A stretch of DNA of 64,000 nucleotides from an uncultured delta proteobacterium (lineage in GTDB: Bacteria; Myxococcota; UBA727; VGSZ01), in contig CAVZJB010000005.1 of NCBI GenBank assembly GCA_963775425.1, positions 32,001-96,000 on the forward strand, given 5' to 3'. The position numbers and the translations under genes were made by a program. Positions 30,225 to 39,701 of this stretch are shown here, in pieces (the stretch's first letter is position 1; each line of letters opens with the position of its first letter). The notes under the pieces are model-generated. The model was not told the origin of the DNA, ran no database searches, and saw only the letters and a program-made list of their open reading frames with translations.

Positions 30225-30983
30225 CTAGAGGTCGATGCGCTCGACCGGGGCCGGATCGCGGTGGGCCTTGACGCCCGTGAGCTTCTCGATGGCGCGCTCC
30301 ATCCCCGACCAGGCGCCGACCTTGGACATGAAGCCGTTCACCCAGCCCGTGGTGATGCAGTAGTGCGACTCATACGGGAAGGTGTGGTGGATCTGGTGGT
30401 GATCGCGCGGGAGGATCACGTGCTTGTCCTGCAGCCACGTGACCCACGCCGGCAGCTCCGCGGTGTGCGCCCACTTGTGGAACTGGTTGGTGGCGAAGGT
30501 GAAGATGGACGCGAACGTGATGAGCGAGACGAAGAAGAGGACGCCGGCGTTTTCGAAGTCGAGGGGCAGGAAGCAGAAGCACGCCAGGGGGATGACCGTG
30601 GCGAGGCAGTTGTTGCCGTTGGTCTCGACGAAGTCGTGGCGCGTGATGTCCTTGGGATCCACGTGGTGCATGCGGAAGGGCTTGACGAAGTTGGGCCCGA
30701 GCAGCGGCGTCTTGTCGGTGCCGTAGCGGTCGAAGCCCCAGTGGACCATGCCGCTGCCGAAGTCCGCGAGGACGTAGCCGGCGAGGAGCGCGATGGTGAC
30801 GGTGGCCGCGAGCCAGTGGCCGCGTGAGGTCTCGCCGACGGTGTAGGCGTCGCTGACGACGAGGATGAACCGGTAGACCAGCCAGCTCACCATGCTGTAC
30901 GCGGACGCAATGCCGAACATCTCCAGCATCCGGTGCCAGATGCTGTAGCCCTGCTGCTCCTCGACCTCGACACGCTCCGACAT
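30225..30983 (-). CDS. carF: CarF/TMEM189 (PEDS1)-family plasmanylethanolamine desaturase
   Basis: ADFGSGMVHWGFD, FRMHHVDP, HDFVETNG, TNQFHKWAH, HHQIHH, YCITTGW His boxes. Confidence 0.88.
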   Translation of the reverse strand: MSERVEVEEQQGYSIWHRMLEMFGIASAYSMVSWLVYRFILVVSDAYTVGETSRGHWLAATVTIALLAGYVLADFGSGMVHWGFDRYGTDKTPLLGPNFVKPFRMHHVDPKDITRHDFVETNGNNCLATVIPLACFCFLPLDFENAGVLFFVSLITFASIFTFATNQFHKWAHTAELPAWVTWLQDKHVILPRDHHQIHHTFPYESHYCITTGWVNGFMSKVGAWSGMERAIEKLTGVKAHRDPAPVERIDL

Positions 30984-31116
30984 GCTGCGCTCCCGCCCCG
31001 CTCCAACCCCCGCGGTACCGAAAGTACGCGCGGGGGCAGCCGACGGATCAGACGACATTGCCCATCCGAAGGCAATCCATCGTCGTCGATGTCTGTCACG
31101 CACGTGTCACAGCGAC

Positions 31117-32814
31117 CTACGGATCACACTGCTCCAAGCAGGTGTCGACGGCGGCGGGCATCAGTTGCACCCCGCGCTCGCGAAGCCCCTGCAGCGTCTT
31201 CGCGCAGGGCGCGTCGCACCCCGGCAGAGCCCCGAGCTTCTTGGCGAAGGACCACGTCGACCAGGCCGGTTTCGCCGCCGGCCGCGCGCGGTGCTTCGGC
31301 CTGCGTTCGACATTCGACCTGGCGCGCGGCTTCTTGTCCGCCGCCTTGTTCCCGGCGCCCGTCGGCGTCGACGCCGTCGTGGGCGCCGCCGTCGTGGGCG
31401 GCGTCGTCGTGGGCGGCGTCGCGGCCGTCGCGGGCGCCGTCGTCGACGCGGGGGCCGTCGACGCGTTGGGGGCGCCGTCGCGGCCGTCGCGGCGGCCGTC
31501 GTCGTCGGCGGGCGCCGTCGTCGTCGTGGGCGCCGTCGTCGACGCGGGGGCCGTCGCGGTTGGGGGCGCCGTCGCCGTCGCGGCCGTCGCGGGCGCCGTC
31601 GTTGTGGGCGTCGTTGCGCTCGTCGCCGTCGCTGACGTCGCGCCGGCGTCCGGAGGCGCTCCGCCGGGGTGTCCCATCACCGACAGCGCGAGAAGCACGC
31701 CGGCGATCCCGATGGTGAGGCCGCCTGCGGCGGCGATGGCCGCCGGCTGCCAGCCGAGGGACACCGGCTTTTCCTCGGGGAGCTCGGCGCTGGTCTGGGT
31801 GACCGGCTCGCCGTCCTCGGGGAGCGCGCTGAGCGCGAGCTGGCCGAAGATGCGCAGCGACTCCTCGGTCTGCGCGCGATCGTCGACGAGCGCCTCGCGC
31901 ACGAAGCCCCGGAGCGACGAGCGCTCGGCGAAAGGGAAGCGCAGCTTGAGCACGCTGCGCAGCGCCTGCGCGAAGTCCCCGCACGACGAGAAGCGGTCTT
32001 TGGCCTCGTACGCGAGCGCGCGCCCGAGGATGGTGGCGAGGTCGGCCTCGATGTTGCTCAGCCGCGGCGGCACGTAGCGTGACCCGGCCATCGACCAGAT
32101 CTCCCGCTGCGTGCGCGCTCCGTAATAGCGCTCGCCCGCGAGGAGCTCGTACAGGACGACGGCCCCGGAGAACTGATCGGAGCGCGCGTCGACGGGCTCG
32201 CCGCGCGCCTGCTCCGGGGACATGTACGCGATCTTGCCGAGCACCACCTGCGAGCCGGTGTGCTCCATCTTCAGCTCCGACGACGCGAGGCCGAAGTCGA
32301 TGAGCTTCACCTCGCCGTCGTACGAGATCATCACGTTGTGCGGCGACATGTCGCGGTGGACGACGTGCAGCGGGTCGCCTGTCAGGGTGTGCTTGTGCTG
32401 GTGCGCGGCGTCGAGGCCCTCGAGGGCCTCCGCCATGATGAGCACCGACAGCGCCGTGGGGATGGCGCCGCCCGTCGCGTCGACGAGCCGGCGCAGGTTG
32501 GTGCCGGCGATGTGCTCCATGGCGAAGAAGTGGACGCCGTCGTGGTAGCCGACGTCGAACACCTGGCAGATGTTGGCGTGCTGGAGCTGGATGACGATGC
32601 GCGCTTCGTCCAGGAAGCGCGTGACGTAGCCGGGCTCGTTCACCAGGTCCTGGCGCAACGTCTTGATGACGACGAGCCGGACGGCGCCCGAGACGCCCCG
32701 CGTGCTGGCGAGGAACACGTCGCCCATGCCGCCTTGCGCGATCGGTCCAAGCAGGATGTAAGGACCGAACGAGCGTGGGTAGCCGGGCGCAAGCTGGGTG
32801 AGAGGTCGGCTCAC
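31117..32814 (-). CDS. Membrane Ser/Thr protein kinase
   Basis: GGMGDV, VVIK, HRDMSPHN, DFGLA, YMSPEQ, DQFS; TM helix; Thr/Pro linker; C-terminal 4-Cys domain. Confidence 0.93.
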   Translation of the reverse strand: MSRPLTQLAPGYPRSFGPYILLGPIAQGGMGDVFLASTRGVSGAVRLVVIKTLRQDLVNEPGYVTRFLDEARIVIQLQHANICQVFDVGYHDGVHFFAMEHIAGTNLRRLVDATGGAIPTALSVLIMAEALEGLDAAHQHKHTLTGDPLHVVHRDMSPHNVMISYDGEVKLIDFGLASSELKMEHTGSQVVLGKIAYMSPEQARGEPVDARSDQFSGAVVLYELLAGERYYGARTQREIWSMAGSRYVPPRLSNIEADLATILGRALAYEAKDRFSSCGDFAQALRSVLKLRFPFAERSSLRGFVREALVDDRAQTEESLRIFGQLALSALPEDGEPVTQTSAELPEEKPVSLGWQPAAIAAAGGLTIGIAGVLLALSVMGHPGGAPPDAGATSATATSATTPTTTAPATAATATAPPTATAPASTTAPTTTTAPADDDGRRDGRDGAPNASTAPASTTAPATAATPPTTTPPTTAAPTTASTPTGAGNKAADKKPRARSNVERRPKHRARPAAKPAWSTWSFAKKLGALPGCDAPCAKTLQGLRERGVQLMPAAVDTCLEQCDP

Positions 32815-32819
32815 GAAAG

Positions 32820-32826
32820 TAGATTA
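32820..32826. promoter_or_regulatory. Overlapping bidirectional -10 elements
   Basis: TAGATT (+, 32820-25) and TAATCT (-, 32821-26) within a 20-bp gap between divergent starts at 32814 and 32835. Confidence 0.6.
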
Positions 32827-32834
32827 CGTGGAAG

Positions 32835-33951
32835 ATGGACCTGCGGCACGTCTCCTTGACTTTCCTCGCCCTCGTCGCCACGAGCGCCCGTGCGGAGCCC
32901 GCCGCCTCGCCTTCGATCGCGCTGCTGCCGCTCGTGGGTCAGGGCCTCGCCACCGATGAGGTCGCGCGCGTGGAGACGGCGCTGCAAGCCGAAGTGGAGG
33001 CGCGCTTCGGATTCTGCGAGCATCCCCGCCGCGCAGGTGCGCGCGCGGCTCGACGCCGGCAGCGCCCAGGGGCTCGCCTGCGACCGCACGCAGGTCGCGT
33101 GCCTCGTGCAGCTCGGCATCGTCGTCCGCGCCGACCGCGCGATCCTCGCGACGCTCGCGAAAAAGGAGGGCCAGCAGGAGGCGACGCTCGTGCTTCGCCT
33201 CGTCGACGTCCTCGGCGCGGAGCAGCTCGCGCGCGCCGCCGGCAGCGTCGCCGCCGAGCCCACCGTGCTGCAGATGCGCGCGCTCCTCGCACGACTCGAC
33301 GATCCTGCCGCCCACGCCACCCGCGTGAGCGTGCGGGGGCCCGCCGGCGCCATCGTGCTCCTCGACGGCAAGGCCCTCGGCAAGCTCCCGCTCCCGGCGC
33401 TCAACGCCGTCTCCCCGGGCAAGCACGTCGTCACCGTGCTCGGCCCGCTGCGCCACGACGAGAACATCGACGTGCGCCGCGGCGAGCCCGTCGTCGTCGA
33501 GGTCCCCGTCCCCGCGTCCGCCCCCGCCTCCGCCCCCGGCGCCCCCGTCGCCTCCGCGACGCCCCCGTCGGGGACGTCAGGGCCGGACCCGGCAACGCCG
33601 GTGGCGCGCGCCGACGACCCCGGCGTGCCCGCGAACGCGCTGCCGTGGCTCGGCGTCGCGGGCGGCGGCTCGGCCGTGATCCTCGGCGCGGCGGGGCTGC
33701 TCTTCGGCCTGTCGCCGCGCTTCGCCTACGACGACGCCGCCGCCGAGCTGCGCAAGATCGAAGCCGAGGTGGGCACCAATCACGCCGCGCTCGTCGCCCG
33801 GCGCGCGGACGTGGAGGCGGCCCGCGGGCGCCTCGACGACAGCGCCGCCCAGTGGACCACCTGGGGCGCCCCGCTCGCCATCGCCGGCGGGGTCGCCCTC
33901 GGCGCCGGCCTCGTCGTCGCCGGCGCCGGCGCCTTCGGCCTCGCGGAGTAG
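32835..33951 (+). pseudogene. PEGA-domain membrane protein with a +1 frameshift near 33010 (or a sequencing indel)
   Basis: Signal peptide and IALLPL in the frame starting 32835; LACDRTQVACL, PEGA (GAIVLLDGK..PGKHVV) and TM hairpin continue in the +1 frame. Confidence 0.7.
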
Positions 33952-34068
33952 CCGGGGCCGTCTACCCGATGCCCCGAGGCCGCATCGCCCGGTCGCAACT
34001 GACATTCGCTGCCGAGGGTGACCGGGGTCGTGTTGGACGCGGCGGGGCCCACGGTTACACTTGTCGCC

Positions 34069-35667
34069 ATGCGCTCGACAGCCGCCCTCGCGTCCCTGCT
34101 CGTGCCCCTCGCCGCCGGACCGGCGTGCAATTGCGGGCTCGAGGTGCTCGCGACGCCGCTGCCGCACATGATCGTCCAGCCCAAGGCGGTGGAGATCAAC
34201 ACCGCGCCGGTGGCGCAGGACACGACCGTCGTCATCCAGGTCAGCGACCCGACCATCGTGAACCTCGAGCAGGTGCACGCCGAGCTGCAGGAGCCTGTCG
34301 ACCCCTCGTTCCGGCTCGTCCCGCCCGTCATCGACGAGGTGCTCGCGGGGCAGACCGGCGAGATCACCGTCGTCGTCCGGCCGTCCACCGCCTCGGAGCT
34401 CCACGCCGTGTTGGTGTTGACGGCCGAGGACGACGCCAAGCCCAACCGCGTCGAGGTACCGTTCATCATCCACGCCGTGGACGTCGGCCTCCCCGACATC
34501 TGCGACTACCCCGAGCAGATCGCGTTCGGCGGCATCGGGCAGAGCGACATCGGCCGTGACGAGGTCACCATGGACAACTGTGGCGTCCGCGACCTCATCA
34601 TCGACTCCGTCCGCCAGTGCAAGGACCCCGTCGGCGACGACCCGGTCGACGAAGACGGCTGCGGCCCCGACGACCCCGCCTTCCACGTGCAACAGGTGCC
34701 GCAGCCGCCGCAGCCCGAGACGGCCATCGGCCCCGGCGAGCGCGGCGGCATCTCCCTGCCCATCACGTTCAGCCCCGGCGACCTCGTCGAGCACGACACC
34801 AACGTGATGATCAAGTCGAACGACCCCGACGAAAACCCGCTGATCATCCCCGTGAGCGGCACCGGCGCGGCGTGTCCCACGGCGTGCATCGAAGCCGTCG
34901 ACGGCATCGACGGCATCCAGCCCTTCGACACCGTCCGCCTCGACGGCGGCTGCTCGACGGTCCCCGAAGGCGCCAACACGTCCATCGAGGCCTACCAGTG
35001 GACGCTGTCGCAGCAGCCCCTCGGCTCGACGACGACGCTGTCGTCGCTCACCGACTCGCGCGTGGAGCTCCCGGTCGACCTCGCGGGCAACTACTGCGTG
35101 AACCTCACCGTCACCGACACCGCCGGCGCGCACAGTTGCGCTCCGGCTTCGCAGTGCTTCCAGGCCGTGCCCACCGAGGACCTCCACATCCAGCTCGTCT
35201 GGGACAGCCCCACCGCGGACCTCGACCTCCACCTCGTCGGCGACGGCGGCGACCCCTTCAAGCATGAGAGCGACTGCTACTTCTCGAACCGCCACCCCAC
35301 GCCCGACGATTGCCCGGCGAACGCTTCGCGCTGCTCGTGGGTGGACAACGCCGACCAGAACCCCAACCTCGACCACGACGACAACGACGGCTACGGCCCG
35401 GAGAACACCAACATCGTGCACCCGGCCCCGGGCTCGCACTGGCGCATCTTCGTGCATTACTGGAACGCGCAGACCGACGGCGATCCGCGGGTGACGGCCA
35501 CCGTGCGCGTCTTCGTCTACGGCCAACAGGTGCTCGAGCTGCAGCAGGTGTTCGAGAACGACCAGACCCTGTGGCAGGCGGTAGACATCGTCTGGCCCGA
35601 GGTGGAAGGTGATCCGGCGAGAGTCTCGCAGATTGGAAATGTCACCCCCTTCCCCCGGCCGTTCTGA
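34069..35667 (+). CDS. Lipoprotein with Ig-like (choice-of-anchor D/PKD-like) domains and YfaP-like C-terminus
   Basis: GPACNC lipobox; SNDPDE; LDG..S..YQW; LVWD..ADLDLHL..DDNDGYGPEN. Confidence 0.72.
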   Translation: MRSTAALASLLVPLAAGPACNCGLEVLATPLPHMIVQPKAVEINTAPVAQDTTVVIQVSDPTIVNLEQVHAELQEPVDPSFRLVPPVIDEVLAGQTGEITVVVRPSTASELHAVLVLTAEDDAKPNRVEVPFIIHAVDVGLPDICDYPEQIAFGGIGQSDIGRDEVTMDNCGVRDLIIDSVRQCKDPVGDDPVDEDGCGPDDPAFHVQQVPQPPQPETAIGPGERGGISLPITFSPGDLVEHDTNVMIKSNDPDENPLIIPVSGTGAACPTACIEAVDGIDGIQPFDTVRLDGGCSTVPEGANTSIEAYQWTLSQQPLGSTTTLSSLTDSRVELPVDLAGNYCVNLTVTDTAGAHSCAPASQCFQAVPTEDLHIQLVWDSPTADLDLHLVGDGGDPFKHESDCYFSNRHPTPDDCPANASRCSWVDNADQNPNLDHDDNDGYGPENTNIVHPAPGSHWRIFVHYWNAQTDGDPRVTATVRVFVYGQQVLELQQVFENDQTLWQAVDIVWPEVEGDPARVSQIGNVTPFPRPF

Positions 35668-35680
35668 AGTCCCACGAAGC

Positions 35681-37993
35681 ATGTCCCGTCAGGCCGCCCT
35701 CGTCCTCGCGCTCGCCGCCGTCTCCGTCGGCTCCTGCCGGTGCGGCCCCCTGCTCCCCGACCCGCCCAAGCAGTGCACGCCCGACGGCGCCGGCTGCCTG
35801 TCCGACGAGATCTGCGTCGACTTCCAATGCGTGCCGCGGCCCAAGTGCGCCACCGACGCGGACTGCGACAGCCCCGCGTTTCAGTGCGTGTTGCCCGCGC
35901 AGGTCTGTCAGCTCCGCGAGGGCTTCGGCCTCGAGTGCAGCGCGGCGGCCCCGTGCGTGCCCGGCAAGTTCTGCGCGCTCGGCATCTGCCGCGACTTCAA
36001 CGAGGACAACGTCTGCAGCTTCGACACCGACTGTCGCCCCGGCCAGCGTTGCGACCGCATCGACGTGCAGTGCATCCCGGACGGCGATTGCCGCCTCACC
36101 GACGCGTTCCCCGAGCTCGCGTGCTTCGAGCAGGGCGGCGAGCAGTGCGACGCGCTGACGGGCCGCTGCGCGCAACCGTGCGGCGATCCGCCCGTGTGCA
36201 CCAGCGACGGCGATTGCCCGAGCGCCGGTGAGCACTGCAACGGGAGCTGCCTGTGCGTGCAGTGCATCTCCAACGACGACTGCGGACCGGGCCTGCACTG
36301 CGACACGCGTTCGGGTGACTGCCACAGCGACAACGAGTGCTTCAGCGACAGCGACTGCGAGCCGCCGCTCGTGTGCGGCGCGTCGGCGCAATGCGAAGTG
36401 GCGCCGCCGCCGTGCTTCAGCGACTTCGACTGCAACTTCGGCCAGACCTGCGACGTGGGCACCAACCAGTGTCAGTTCATCGGCGGCGGCGCGTGCGCGG
36501 ACGATTGTTTCGATCCCGCGTTCGGCGCAGGCAACAACACGCCGGCGACCGCGAAGGCGCTCACGGTCAACTTCGGCGAGAACCCGGTCGTCGACGACCT
36601 CGTGCTCTGCCTCAACAACGACGACGTCTACTCCGTCGCGCTCACCGCCGGCGACCTCCTCATCGCGCACGTCGACGGCACGGACCCGCTGGCCGGCGCC
36701 ACCATGACGCTCCTTGACGCCACCGGCGAAAACACCCTCGACTTCGCCGAGACGCCGCCGCGCGGGGACGGCACCATCGCGTTCGTCGCGCAGTCCGACG
36801 AGACCGTCTACCTGCGCCTCTCGGCGCTCCAGAGCACAAGACAGGACGGCGGCGGCACGCCGTACACGCTCCAGCTCACGCGCGAAAACGGCGCGGTCTG
36901 TCAGCCCGACGCGTTCGAGAGCCCGCCCAACGACACGCTCGTGAGCGCCACGCCGCCCGAGCAGGTGCCCGACGGCGTCGTCCTCCTCGGCACGGTGTGC
37001 CCCGGCGACGTCGACCTCTATCGCGTCGACGTGGCGTCGGGCGAGGGGCTGTCGGCGAACCTGGCGTTCGACGGCGCGGCCACGGACCTCGACCTCGCGT
37101 TCCTCGACGAGCAAGGCACGCTCGTCGTGCAGGACGGCGGCGTGTCGCAGCCGGAGACGCTGCGCCACCGCTTCCCGTTCGCGGGCAGCGTCTACGTGCG
37201 GGTGCGCGGCTTCGGCAGCGACATCGGCAGCTACAACCTCACGGTGAACCACGAGCCCCCGTTCGTCTGCGTCCCCGACGCCGCCGAGCCCGCCGACAAC
37301 GACCCGTCGACGGCGCCCACGCTCCCGCTCAACCAGGCGCTCGGCCCCGAGGACCACACCATGTGCAGCGGCGACGTGGACACCGTGGTCACGCCGCTCG
37401 AGGACTTCGAGCGCATGATCGTGAGCGCGCTGTACGACGACGCCGACGTGGAGCTCGCCATCGACATCGTCGACGCGGCGGACGGCACCACGGTGCTCGC
37501 CACCTCGCCGCCGGCCACGGGCGGCGCCGCCGTGAGCTACGACGCGCGCGCCAACGAGACCGTCTTCGTCCGCGTCGGCGGCGTCGGCGGCGCCGTCGGG
37601 CCGTACCAGCTCCACATCGAAAAAGAGAACCAGCTCGACTGCGCGCCCGACGCGCTCGAGCCCAACAACACCGTCGCGCAGGCCAAGCCGCTGCCGGCCC
37701 CGGGCGAGCTGTTGAGCATGTGCGGCACGGACGCCGACTTCTTCTCCATCGACGGCAACGCGGGCAAGAAGCTCGTCGTCGACGCGTCGTTCCGCCAGGC
37801 CGAGGGCGACATCGACCTCCAGCTCATCGGGCTCGACGGCTCCCAGATCCTCGCCACCGCCGACGGCACCAGCGACGGCGAGCACCTCGAGGTCACGCTG
37901 CCCCTCGACGGCACCTACACCCTGCGCGTGTTCTCCCTCTCCGGCGACACCAGGTCGCGGTACACGCTGACCGTCTCCGAGGTCTCCCCGTAG
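35681..37993 (+). CDS. Cys-rich lipoprotein with multiple PPC (pre-peptidase C-terminal-like) domains
   Basis: GSCRC lipobox; repeated C..D.DC..G..C; D..EPNN and DLDL motifs in four repeats. Confidence 0.75.
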   Translation: MSRQAALVLALAAVSVGSCRCGPLLPDPPKQCTPDGAGCLSDEICVDFQCVPRPKCATDADCDSPAFQCVLPAQVCQLREGFGLECSAAAPCVPGKFCALGICRDFNEDNVCSFDTDCRPGQRCDRIDVQCIPDGDCRLTDAFPELACFEQGGEQCDALTGRCAQPCGDPPVCTSDGDCPSAGEHCNGSCLCVQCISNDDCGPGLHCDTRSGDCHSDNECFSDSDCEPPLVCGASAQCEVAPPPCFSDFDCNFGQTCDVGTNQCQFIGGGACADDCFDPAFGAGNNTPATAKALTVNFGENPVVDDLVLCLNNDDVYSVALTAGDLLIAHVDGTDPLAGATMTLLDATGENTLDFAETPPRGDGTIAFVAQSDETVYLRLSALQSTRQDGGGTPYTLQLTRENGAVCQPDAFESPPNDTLVSATPPEQVPDGVVLLGTVCPGDVDLYRVDVASGEGLSANLAFDGAATDLDLAFLDEQGTLVVQDGGVSQPETLRHRFPFAGSVYVRVRGFGSDIGSYNLTVNHEPPFVCVPDAAEPADNDPSTAPTLPLNQALGPEDHTMCSGDVDTVVTPLEDFERMIVSALYDDADVELAIDIVDAADGTTVLATSPPATGGAAVSYDARANETVFVRVGGVGGAVGPYQLHIEKENQLDCAPDALEPNNTVAQAKPLPAPGELLSMCGTDADFFSIDGNAGKKLVVDASFRQAEGDIDLQLIGLDGSQILATADGTSDGEHLEVTLPLDGTYTLRVFSLSGDTRSRYTLTVSEVSP

Positions 37994-38081
37994 GGCGGGG
38001 CCTTGTCCCCGGCCTCCGCCCCGCGCCGTCGAGATCCGCGCCAAAAGGCCGTCCCGCGCCGTAGACTGACGGGGGTCTCCT

Positions 38082-39395
38082 ATGAAGATCAAGACCGACG
38101 TCGACGCCGCCCTGCGCAAGGCCAGGCTTCCGCAGGAGACCGTCAAGCTCGAGAGCCCGGCCCCTTTGCAGGTGCCCGGCAAGACCGGGCCCGGCGTCTC
38201 CGCGCTCGAGCCCAAGGAGGTCGGCGCCGATCCCGCCTGGGTCGCCGCCCACGCCGCCGGCGAGGCGGTCGACGGCGCGCCCAGGAAGACCGCGCTCAGC
38301 GTCCGCTTCCCCGAGATGTCGGCCGAGCTCACGTTCAACGACAACCTCGCCGTCGCCATCGCCGGCGCCGACGGCCACCTCGGCAGCGACGCGCCCAAGC
38401 TCACGCCGGCCATCGCCCAGGCGCTCTTCGAGGTCACCAAGGAGGGCGGCATCTCGTCGCGCGAGCTCAAGGACGCGGCGCGCATCGCCGACGCGCTGAC
38501 GGCCCGCGGCGACGCCAACGCGCCCCTGCTCCGGGAGCTGACGGCAAAGATCCGCGACGCGTACGCCGACCAGACCTTCCTCACCAAGCTGATCGCGCGC
38601 GCCGGCGACATCGGCAAGAGAGACAAGGTCCCGAGCCTCACCTCCGCGGCCGTCGAGGCCACGCAGCCCGGCAAGGTCGGCGAGTGGGTCGGCGTTCACC
38701 TCTCGCGCGCGCAGGACGCCGCGCCGGTGGACGGCCCCGCGCCCAACGCGGCCACGGGGAAGTACGTGATGTGCCCCGTGCTCGGCTCGCTCATCCAGGA
38801 AGGCTCGCTCAAGCAGGACGACAAGGGGAACATCAGCCTCGCCGAGTTCAACGACGTCATGATCAAGCGGCTCGGCATCACGCCCGAGCGCGCGGCGCTC
38901 ACGGTGAGCACCACGTTCATCGGTCAGCACGCGTCGGACGCGCCGCACGTGGCGGCCGGCAAGCTGAACATCAACCACCTGAAGGGCAGCATCCTCGACC
39001 ACCAGCACCACGGGGACACCGGCATCCTCGCGGACGGCGAGTTCCACGAGGACAAGTTCCAGGCGTTGCTCGCGCACAGCTCCGACGGAAAGTCGCTGTG
39101 CATCGCCGACTTCGCGCACGCCATCAACGATCAGCTCGCGCGCGACGACGGCTTCGTCACGAGGGCGAAGGGAACGAGCGAAGACGTCTTCGAGATGGCG
39201 GCGCTCATCAACACCTTCGGCTACGTCGACGACAAGGGCGAGCGCCGCATCGACTTCGGCACGCTGCGAGACCTCTACCAGAACCGCCGGCTGCCGCCGC
39301 AGTCCGAGCTGATGGCGAGGAAGTCCACGGGCCTCATCGAGCACACCGAGTCCATGGCCAAGATGGGCGTCGAGATGATCAAGGACGAGCGATGA
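38082..39395 (+). CDS. Putative heme-thiolate peroxidase/peroxygenase-like protein with N-terminal extension
   Basis: MCPVLGSL..EG...GNIS; LNINHL..ILDHQHHGDTG; F..LLAHSSDGKSL..DFA; FEMAALINTFG...LRDLYQNRRLP follows the Peroxidase_2 motif order. Confidence 0.55.
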   Translation: MKIKTDVDAALRKARLPQETVKLESPAPLQVPGKTGPGVSALEPKEVGADPAWVAAHAAGEAVDGAPRKTALSVRFPEMSAELTFNDNLAVAIAGADGHLGSDAPKLTPAIAQALFEVTKEGGISSRELKDAARIADALTARGDANAPLLRELTAKIRDAYADQTFLTKLIARAGDIGKRDKVPSLTSAAVEATQPGKVGEWVGVHLSRAQDAAPVDGPAPNAATGKYVMCPVLGSLIQEGSLKQDDKGNISLAEFNDVMIKRLGITPERAALTVSTTFIGQHASDAPHVAAGKLNINHLKGSILDHQHHGDTGILADGEFHEDKFQALLAHSSDGKSLCIADFAHAINDQLARDDGFVTRAKGTSEDVFEMAALINTFGYVDDKGERRIDFGTLRDLYQNRRLPPQSELMARKSTGLIEHTESMAKMGVEMIKDER

Positions 39396-39697
39396 GCGAA
39401 CAGGAGATCGACACCGCCAAGGTGAGCGCGCTCGTCAACGAGGCGCTCCTGTCGTGCACGGCCGACGACGGGCGCTTGAAGATGCTCGAGCCCGGCTTCC
39501 TCGCCATCGGCAAGCGGGTGCACGAGTCCGACGACAAGAGGCTCTGGGCCGCGGCGCTCATCGCGCTGTCCACGCGCCTCAAGGACGTCGAGGGCGCCAA
39601 GGACGCGGCGGAGCGCACGGCGGTCCTCGCGGCCATCGCCCTGGGCGACGTCGAGCTGAACGGGATGCTCTGCAAACGCCTCTACGGTCGCCGCTGA
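39392..39697 (+). CDS. Small helical hypothetical protein coupled to the upstream gene
   Basis: ATGA overlap; 101 aa MSEQEIDTAKVSALVNEALL...; typical codon usage. Confidence 0.7.
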   Translation: MSEQEIDTAKVSALVNEALLSCTADDGRLKMLEPGFLAIGKRVHESDDKRLWAAALIALSTRLKDVEGAKDAAERTAVLAAIALGDVELNGMLCKRLYGRR

Positions 39698-39701
39698 GCG
39701 G

